Origin: Eledone cirrhosa
Lineage: Eukaryota
DNA: 64,000 nucleotides
Direction: 5' to 3'
Assembly (NCBI GenBank): GCA_964016885.1
Contig: OZ024742.1
Coordinates: forward strand, 287,928,001 to 287,992,000
The notes under the pieces were generated by a model that worked only from the letters and a program-made list of their open reading frames with translations, searched no databases and was not told the DNA's origin. Shown in pieces: positions 55,186 to 64,000 of the stretch. Both the position numbers and the translations under genes were made by a program. Numbering within the stretch: position 1 is the stretch's first letter; each line of letters opens with the position of its first letter.

Positions 55186-55852
55186 TGCTACGGTTACACT
55201 AGCAAATATATGAAGTTAAAAAAAATTGAGATCATTAAAACACCAGGGGATTTTTCTTATTTTTAATATCCTTTTCATTCACTCCACAACTATGGCTTAA
55301 TAAATGTTTGCAGGAACCAGTATAGCTAAGTATGCTATTAACGTCGTCTCAGCGTTGTTGTTTTCTTTTGTTGTTTTTATATAATGCCATGTTAGTTGAT
55401 TCAGGTCTTATTAAATAGAAAAAAAACTGATTAGGTTGAAAAAATATTAATATTTATTGGTATTTCTAATGATTTGTGAGGTCATGTGGTTTAGTAGTTA
55501 AAGAATTGGCTTCGCTGTCGTGAGGTTGTTAGATCGATTCCCGGACCGGTCGATGTGTCATGTCCTTGAACAAGATACTTTAATTCACGTTACTATTTCT
55601 GGAAAGAGTTGCGACCAGTAGATAATATCAGCAATGGAAACATTGTTTCCTTGGTAGGATTTAACGAGTTTTACCCCACTCGATAAGCGAATGGGATCGG
55701 ATCTTATCGATTGATTCGATCGATTAATGATTGGTGGGTTTCTGCTCTGATTGAATAATAATTAATATTTATAATTAGAAAACTTAACTGTCTCGTTTTT
55801 AATATCTCTTACATTGATTTCTCACAAAAGTACACTAATTATTTAACCTTTT

Positions 55853-56369
55853 CAGAACTGCCAACCTCTAAAACCCTAAACGGGGAATACTATGAAAAAA
55901 AGTGCCCCCAAACGAGGAGGAATTAGGCAACATTGGGGGGGGGGGGGGGGGTACATAATGAAAACTATGAGAAGACATCTATCAGCCACCCCAAAGTAGG
56001 TGGGAAATCTCCCCGTCGAACGGGGAGAGGTGACAGGTCTGCTTTTTCGTTGCCGTATTTGTAATGATATACACATTAGTTCAACTAATTAACGAAGAAT
56101 TTTGACTGATTATAAATTATTCCATTACTAAGATATTAACTTAATATGGTTTTGATATAAAATAATGTTGGTAGATTTTAATTTAAATAGAAACGCTTTA
56201 AAAGCGAAACGGGGAGTACCATGAAAAAAAGTGGCCCAAAACAGGTAGAAATGAGGTAAAATGGGGAGATTTTGAAAGCTATACCTATTTTCACAATAGA
56301 AGACATCACTCACCCACTCCAAAGTGGGTGGGAGATCTCCCCGTCGGACAGGGAGAGTTGACAAGTCTG
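55853..56369. mobile_element. Two further copies of the ~190-bp MITE (55853-56041; 56205-56369 truncated)
   Basis: Same body and terminal GTTGACA(G/A)GTCTG. Confidence 0.65.
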
Positions 56370-58429
56370 TGCATAGATGCATAAATGGATGGATCCGTCA
56401 CTCCAGGTAGAGTCGTAGCGAGGCGCCGTAGTGACGCCATTTTACAAAACCTGGCGTAGCTCATCCCTCTCCAAGTCTGAACAGCCCTGAACAGAGAAAG
56501 TGTGTGTGTGTGATGGAGAGAAAGTGTGTGTGTGTGATGGAGAGAAAGTGATATGGAGGAAGAATCGACCTCGGTCCTAGATGGTATTTTTTTAACCATA
56601 TTTCTACTTTATTACAATTGACGTAGCGCTGAAAAAGTCATTATATTGAATATTACTATAGTTGGATTGTGCGTGTGTTCTCGAGTGTCGGTGTGCGAGT
56701 ATTGGTGTGCATACGTGGTTACACCGAACAGGTGAAAATATACTCAATGTACAGTTTAACAATAATATTTATTCAGTTGATACCTTGTATATGTCCGGCA
56801 ATCTACTTTTCCAGGGAAAACCTTAAAAAACTACTTTTAAAAATAAAAGTACAAACGAAAGACACAGAACTCCATGGTCATTGACTTTCGCAGCGTCTGA
56901 CAAAAGCCAAACGCTGTCCAGATAGGACCGTCAGGATGGCGTGTCTGAGGACTCTGCCCTCACGACTACGACCACCTTTCCACCACCAAAAAAGACGAAG
57001 ACTATGTTTTAGAAAAAAAAGATAGAACAGTAATAGAAAGATGGGGTGAAGAGGTAAAAAAAAAAAAAAAAAAAACGAAATCTATTTAGAAAAGGAACTG
57101 GATTTTCACTTGATTATATTGTTTACTTTAAGAGAGTATGGCGTGTTGATAGGACATTTGTAATGCTTCGTATTGAAATCTCAGTAAATAGCGTCATATC
57201 AATTAACTGGAAATTGTATTCATCATTATATTAATACTATCTGTCCTTATCTCTGTCATTGGCTTGTGATCGTAATTGACAGCAAATTATTTGTGTAAAA
57301 CCCTTTTCTAGGAAAACAATCTACTATTTTGTTTTATTTTCAAGTGCTTGTGTTTAGTTAGATAAATTCCGGCTCTAAGTGAACCACACTATTGAGGGGT
57401 TTTTTAGAAGCTTAAAAGGACATATTAATCATAACCTAAATACTTTGTTGTTGACGTTATTGTTACTTTTAAATAGAAGGTGTGTTATTTTTTGTCTAAA
57501 AGAAATTGGGGGTGAGGCACGGGGATGGTTGCACTTCAACTTCTCCGTTGAACGTCTGTAGACTGATGCGGAAAAAAAAACACGTGGACCTATATTGTAG
57601 ACCAGTGATACAGCCTGGGCTCATACGAACCCAAAGGGTTCATTAAAATATTTGTGAAGTTCGTGAAAAAAAGGAGATTCGTATATAGGATTTGTCAGTA
57701 AAGCTTTACTTTATGTTCTTTATAACATTCTTCATGAGATTCTAATGCTTCTATATTAATATGTTATTTTTAAGGAATCGGTATGGATACTTTTATAAAA
57801 GAAAACAAAAAGTAAATGTCTGTGTGCGTTTCTAGTGTCAAAATTTTAAAGGTTCTTTATAGCTCTCTTCCTCTCTCAGTAAGATTTTGGGTCCATATCG
57901 TGAAAAATGGGGCTGCAGGTCACTGGTATAGAGAGATAGGAGTTATGGACAATTTGCCATGTGCTCCAGCGGTAACGGTACGTAAGGAAGGCGACTGCCA
58001 AGAAGAGTTGCGTGCATTTATAATCACCGTGGGTGATGACTTCAGAGAGATGTAAGTTTCCAAAAGGAAAACAATGAATGGTCAACCTACTAATGGTAGT
58101 TGGAGGGGTGATAGAGTAAGCAGATACATTTAGAAGAGTTGAGAAGAGAAATTTTGAGTTCGAATAGCTGGGAGTCTTTATTGCAAACATCTAGATCAAA
58201 GAGAGATAAATGATAAGGATATGCACGTATATCACTTTTCAGAAGAGAAAGGCAATATAGAGTATGGTTTAAACAGCTGAGACGACTTAAAAACAGCAGA
58301 TGAGAGATTTGTATATCAAAAAGGAAAAATAATGTTTCGTTTATATGTTGATAGTAGATAATATATGGTTAAGGATGGACAGAAGTCCACGGGTATATAA
58401 AAGGTCTAGGGGGTATGAGTTTGTAAAAT

Positions 58430-59030
58430 TATTAGTATTAAACAAAGATCTTTGCGGTGTTCGTTACAGCTCTTTATGTTCTTATTTCAAATTCCGCTGA
58501 ACACAACTTTGCTTTTCATTCGTCCGAGATCGATAATATAAAGCACCAGTCAATCCCTGGCTGGGTCTATGTAATCAATTTACTCTTATCCCCAAATTTC
58601 TGGCCTTGTGTCTCAATTAAGAACCATTATTGAGGGCGATAGATTAACAGAATCGTTAGAGCGTCAGACATCCTGCTTTGCAGCATAGAGTTACAATTCT
58701 TTACGTTCGGAGTTCAAATCCCGCTGAGGTCAGCTTTGCCTTTCATCCTTAGGGTATCGACAAAATAAAGTACCAGTAAGCACTAGGGTCGATTTAATCC
58801 ATTCCCCCACCACCACCACCACAAAAACAAATTGCTGGTCTTGTGCCTAAATTAGAAACCATTATTTTAGCGGAGGCATAGTTACGTCCCTTTACGGTTT
58901 GAGTTCAAATCCCGCCGAGGTTAACTTTGCCTTTCATCCTTACGGGGTCGATAAAATAAAATACCAGTAATGTACTGGGTAATTGCTGGCCTTGTGCCAA
59001 AAGTAGAAACAATTATTTTAGCGGAGGCAA
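58430..59030 (+). mobile_element. Three head-to-tail SINE family 1 copies
   Basis: Units near 58430, 58633 and 58877; ATTATTTTAGCGGAGGCA is duplicated around the third. Confidence 0.8.
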
Positions 59031-60974
59031 AATTGTTTCTCTCTTTATTTATTTATTCGAGACTTTCTCGTAGTTATGGGGAAAACACGGGAAATTTGAA
59101 GAAATATATCTAAATTTAGATAATCATTTTAAATTTAGATGCAAGGCCAACTATTTGGAGAGAGGAAATTCCATTATATCAACTCTAGTACTTCACTGAT
59201 ACTATATTTACTCGGCTCCGGAAGGATTAAGCGTAGTCTTCTGAAAGAAGCACAACTTTTGAAAGCAAACCTTCAATATATTATTAGAGTATATTTTTGC
59301 TGATTTCATCTTATTTAATGTCTATCTTTTCAATTAATTATGTCTTTGGAACTATATTTCGTGAAATATCCGAGGTTCATCGAAACAATTTTTTTTTAAA
59401 TGTGGCCTCATTAGATGTCGGTTAATTTCTATTGCAGTCCTTCCAGCATAAAATGATTCCCCATCTCTTAGTTAAACGGTCCTGGCAATCCATCGCTAAA
59501 TTATACTAATAGTTTTGTGTCGCTGCTTTCATAGATCAACAACAACGACTAAAACATGAAATATGTTAACAACAGCTATTAGTATTCATAAAAGGGCAGA
59601 TATGATTGTGTAGTTAAGAAGTTCACTCTGCAGCCATTGGGTTCCAAGTTCGATCTCACTGAACACCATAGTCAAGTGACGTCTACTATATATCTTCAGA
59701 CTGACCAATTCCTTATGAATGCAGAAGCCTGTCGTATATTGAATGATTGTGGCTTATTGTAATTAAGGATAATCTTATAATCTATTATCAAAATTAGAGA
59801 ACCCTAAACTTGCTCGGGATATTGAGATGAAATTTGGTAGACAGAAACTGTGCGGAAACCTGTCATATATGCAACGGAGGTCACTTATTATAATCAGAAA
59901 TAATCTTATAACCTATTATCAATTTTAGAAAACCCTAAATTCGTTCAAGATATTGAGGGGAAGTTTGGTAGTACAAAATCCTGTTGTATATAGAAAGGAA
60001 ATCCTGAGTTCAAATCCCACTGTGGCCTTCTTGGATGGTAAATTTAATCCCTTCACTAATTTAACACCACTAATTGGCCCTTATGCTCCTTTTGTGAAAT
60101 GCATTGTTGAAAACATTTAGACAAGATCTCCAATTTAAAAATATCTTCCTCCTGTCTCAGAGACCCTGAAAAGGGGTCATGGACATTGCCCTTCCTTCTG
60201 TAAACAGAGAAAAAAAAACTACTGCAGGAAATTAAAACCAGCTGAAATATTCAACACTCCAAGAGCCATATATATAAATTTTCTAATTATAAATTTTGTA
60301 AATAAATTAATTACTAGAAGCTAACAGCTGTCAACAGCAATCATAATGGGTACTAAATATATTAATGGTAGCTGTAAACTTTCTTGTAAATTTATTTTTT
60401 CTTCTATATATAACAGCTGCTGGCAGTATGTGTATTGTATATTGAAGTTCTGTGGTAATCTTCAACAAACCAGCCATAAATTATTTAAACCTTTCATTGC
60501 TATATTTTTAACGAAAGACACTGCTTATAATTTTCAAATAATTTTTGAAATAATCAGGTATTTGAAGGGATTTAGTAATTTAACTAACGTATTTGGAACC
60601 TAACAAAGATTCATATATAAAATTATAATGAAAAGGTTTTAGATAAATATGTATGTATGGACCCGTAACTCCTGAGGGAGTTGTGTGTGTGGGGGGGGGG
60701 GCATATTGACATACAATGTTACTGGGGCATTAAAATAAAACCTGGCAGAGCCCATCTCCTCTCCAGGTCTAGATAAATATAAACACTCTGTAAAGTAATA
60801 GTGTTGGGGGTCATAATAAAAAGTACCTATCAGTTGGTAGTGGCAGTGCCATGAGGAAACAGATCTTGTACACAGCAGATAATGCCTATTGATTTATGAC
60901 CAGCTTGTACAGATTCAGGGGAGACTTTTATACGCTTCTCCTCTTCATCATCATCATTATCATCATTATCATTA

Positions 60975-61163
60975 GCGGTGGATTGGCAGTATCAGTAGAG
61001 AGTCGGACGCCATGCTTTGCAGCAAAGAGTTACGGCCCTTTATGGTCTGAGTTCAAATCCCGCCAAGGTTAACTTTGCGTTTCATCCTTACGGGGTCGAT
61101 AAAATAAAGTTCCAGTAATGTACTGGGTAATTGGTGGCCTTGTGCCAAAAAGTAGAATCAATT
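60975..61163 (+). mobile_element. SINE family 1, well-preserved copy inside (ATC)n
   Basis: GCGGTGGATTGGCAGTATC..GAGTTCAAATCCCGCC..TTTCATCCTTACGGGGTCGATAAAATAAAG..GGCCTTGTGCC. Confidence 0.85.
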
Positions 61164-61736
61164 ATCATCATTATCATTATCATCACCACCACCACTACAA
61201 TCATCTGCACGATGGCAATGACCACCAGCACGAACAACAAAACAACAACAGCAGCAGCAGCAGCAGCAGCCAATAATTGAGCTTCTATGTGGTCGTTTGA
61301 TCTGCGGAAAAACAGTAGTCAAACCTCCTTCAAATCACACTCTACCATTTAAAAAAAGGAAAAGACACATATCTATATATAAATTTCTGTGATACTGTCA
61401 CAACACGTAAAGATAGAGGAGTAGGTTGACTACCTCATACTACTACTCTCTCTTTATGTCTACTGCCTGCGTGAATGCATCTGTGTGTGTAAAAGGAAGG
61501 CAGGGGGTGGTGGAAAAACTATAGCAAAATAGCGGCTGGCGTTCCATTTGTTATGCTGTGTATGTGTGAATGTGTTTGTGTGAATGTATGTGTGTGTTTG
61601 TTTAAGTGTATGTCTGAGTGTATATTTTTGTAAGTGTGTCTGTGTTTGCATGTTTATATGTATATACTCATACATATACATGAATGCATATACACATACG
61701 CATCATCGTGTTGAAAAAAATTCTAGTCTATATAAT

Positions 61737-61905
61737 CTATATATCTAAAACAGAGAATGTCTGTCTGTCTGTCCAATCACTAAAACTCGAGAACCACCCA
61801 ACCGATTGTTTTCAAACTTTACACATGTAATACTTATGGTCCTGTGGGTGTTTTGAGCAAAAACAATTTCGAATTTTCAATGCCCTACGGACCGCATTAG
61901 GCGAT
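61737..61905 (+). mobile_element. Helitron-like 5' fragment
   Basis: TCTATATATCTAAAAC..TGTCTGTCTGTC..CTAAAACTCGAGAACCACCCA; a similar piece lies at 7355-7415. Confidence 0.5.
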
Positions 61906-62270
61906 TTAGCGATCTCTCTCTATAACTCTTAGTCTTTCTCTTTTTAGATAGATACATAGATATAACGTTGCGCCTTTATAATATCTATCTGTATGTCTGG
62001 CTGTCTGCATTACGACATTATGACGTAGCTGTGTGTGTGTGTGTGTGTGTATAGTGTGTAACGTTTTTCGAAATATTAATTCTGTGTTCACAGATTGATT
62101 TTTTTATTTTAGTTTCAGAAGATCCCGTTAAGAGTGATAGCAGCGATTCTTTGCTTAAACTTTAATCTGTTATTTCAATATATATATATTTATATATTAG
62201 AAAGTGAGGTTTTTTTACAAAATGAAAAATAACCGAGGTGTCCTACACGTGTGAAAGTATAAAGAAAAAA

Positions 62271-62506
62271 AGATGAAATCGAAAATGCAACTGGAGTCTT
62301 ATTTTTTAAAAAATATATGTATATTTATTTGGTTCCTTTACCGGTTTCGCAGTTCTTCTGCTTTTCAAAAGTAGAGTTGAGATGGAGGGTCTGTGGTTTT
62401 TCTCACTTTTGAAAAGCAGAAGAACTGCGAAACCGGTAAAGGAACCAAATAAATATACATATATTTTTTTTTAAATAAGACTCCAGTTGCATTTTCGATT
62501 TCATCT
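62271..62506. repeat. ~100-bp near-perfect inverted repeat (inverted pLTR ends)
   Basis: Arms 62271-62372 and 62404-62506; each carries an HHR variant and AATAAA. Confidence 0.8.
62406..62441 (+). ncRNA. Minimal hammerhead variant with a U3-A8 core (mirror copy at 62336-62371 on -)
   Basis: CTT TTGAAAA GCAG-AAGAA-CTGC GAAA CCGG TA AAG. Confidence 0.55.
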
Positions 62507-62510
62507 CTTT

Positions 62511-62551
<41 letters not shown>

Positions 62552-62836
62552 TATATTCGTGTACAGATATTTTTGCATACGCAATAACAAAATATAAACA
62601 AAAGTATTTATTCGCGATAAAGTATTGATTTTCTTCGCACGGAAAAAACCCTGGTAATCTATGACGAATTTTTTTTATAAGCACAAAATGTAGACACCAT
62701 CCCGAGGCCGGAGTATTCCGTACTTCTCTGTACATATATATCTATTTCTTCTCACTTTCCGTTGCTTAAACCTTTTTGTTTGTTACCCTGGCGTCCCCTT
62801 TGTTTACGTGTCCCAACGACTTTTTTTAGCCGTTGT

Positions 62837-62907
62837 TCGCACCAACCTGAGGCATATGGCCCTTAAAGCGATGAAATGCCTGGGACGGTTGGAGGGTCAC
62901 TGATGAA
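62837..62907 (+). ncRNA. Candidate permuted hammerhead ribozyme, copy 1a (predicted cut after 62856)
   Basis: TCGC A CCAAC CTGA GGCATA|TGGCCC TTAAA GCGA T GAAATGCC TGGGACG GTTGG A GGGTCA CTGATGA A. Confidence 0.7.
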
Positions 62908-63329
62908 GGACTTACTTTTTCATATGCACCACCATTTGCAACGCGCAGCCATCATTATTATCATATTTACACATAATTTTTCTTCTGCTGCCACTCGTCT
63001 GTTTCGCTCTTTGTACCTTTTAACCTTTCTCGTTCTTTGTACCTTTTACCCTTTCTAGCAGTCTCTCTCTCTGTTAGCCTCCTCCTCAACTTTCACTCAC
63101 TCATTCTCTGTCACTACCTCTCCTCCTCCTCTTTCCTCCTCCTCCTTCAAGTTTGACCTGTGTGTAATTCTTTTCTCGCGCGGTCTTGACCAAGCTGGTA
63201 TGGAATTTTTTTCTCTCTCTCTCTTTCGTCTGCGACTTCACAAAACTTATGTTTACCGAATTCGTTGACCAGACCCCTTTATCTTCTTCTTCTTCTTCTT
63301 CTTCTTCTTCTTCTTCTTCTTCTTCTTCT

Positions 63330-63364
<35 letters not shown>

Positions 63365-63585
63365 TCTTCCCCCCCCCCGTTAGACCTGTGCGAAATTCTT
63401 TCCTTGCTCACATTTCAACCAGGTTTGATGGTCTTTTGTCTCTTGTTCACGATTTCACCGAGTTTATATTCATAGAGATCTGGGACTTGTCTATTTCTTC
63501 TCACTTTCCGTTGCTTAAACCTTTTTGTTTGTTACCCTGGCGTCCCCTTTGTTTACGTGTCCCAACGACTTTTTTTAGCCGTTGT

Positions 63586-63656
63586 TCGCACCAACCTGAG
63601 GCATATGGCCCTTAAAGCGATGAAATGCCTGGGACGGTTGGAGGGTCACTGATGAA
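63586..63656 (+). ncRNA. Candidate permuted hammerhead ribozyme, copy 1b (predicted cut after 63605)
   Basis: Identical to 62837-62907, offset 749. Confidence 0.7.
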
Positions 63657-64000
63657 GGACTTACTTTTTATATATATATATATATATATATATTAAAATA
63701 ACAGATTAAAGTTTAAGCAAAGAATCGCTGCTTTCACCCTTAACGGGATCTTCTGAAACTAAAAAAATCAATCTGTGAACGCAGAAGTAAATATTTCGAA
63801 AAACGTTGCAACAGAAGAAAGAGAGGAAGACGATACTTTGGTTCGTGGAAACGTTCCCTGGCAAAGAACGAAAAAAAACGAAGATATTACGTCGTTATTT
63901 GGAGCGGTGAAAACAATTACACGCAAAGACAAAACCACGTTTATGGTATAACTGAAGTCGTAGACTAAAATACTATTTAGGGAACCGAATGATTCTCGGC

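Larger units (their letters stand above)
62741..63669 (+). mobile_element. Non-coding 749-bp unit with 180-bp terminal direct repeats, each carrying the permuted hammerhead motif
   Basis: 62741-62920 is identical to 63490-63669; CT-rich body with (CTT)n; (TA)n flanks. Confidence 0.8.

Noticed and set aside
54107-61163. tRNA genes
   Set aside because: The A/B boxes belong to SINE heads; no cloverleaf forms.
62842-62892. Reading the CUGA...GA internal loop as a SECIS or a box C/D snoRNA
   Set aside because: The bulge is on the wrong side for SECIS and the box order is reversed for a snoRNA; a K-turn within the ribozyme fold explains the covariation better.
63720-63760. CAGAAGA-TCCC..GGGT-GAAA on the minus strand
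   Set aside because: No NUH site or stem I.

Overview
AT-rich, (TA)n-saturated animal genomic DNA with a 200-N gap at 9883-10082. The repeat content and SINE types suggest an octopus/cephalopod (inference). The only host gene I can support is three minus-strand internal exons of a tektin-3/5-like gene (695-849, 3744-3966, 4408-4551). The rest is mobile DNA: a full-length CR1-group LINE with both ORFs open (19022-~23460), a truncated CR1 RT copy, Penelope-like elements of the Neptune and Naiad types, RTE and CRE-like fragments, non-autonomous Helitrons, MITEs, about 25 tRNA-SINE copies and minisatellites. Most ORF-track entries are microsatellite artefacts. The main result is an unusual density of hammerhead-ribozyme (HHR) motifs. 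These include conventional Penelope-type HHRs and a 488-bp tandem retrozyme-like unit. They also include a family of non-coding, terminally redundant 526-749-bp elements (5234-5832, 40539-41124, 62741-63669). These elements carry all three HHR core strands in a non-canonical order (NUH strand, GAAA strand, CUGANGA strand), apparently held together by a kink-turn and pseudoknots, with compensatory changes across three diverged copies. A second notable item is a candidate -1 ribosomal frameshift joining ORF1 and the AUG-less ORF2 of the intact LINE. All structures were read by eye; nothing was computed or searched.
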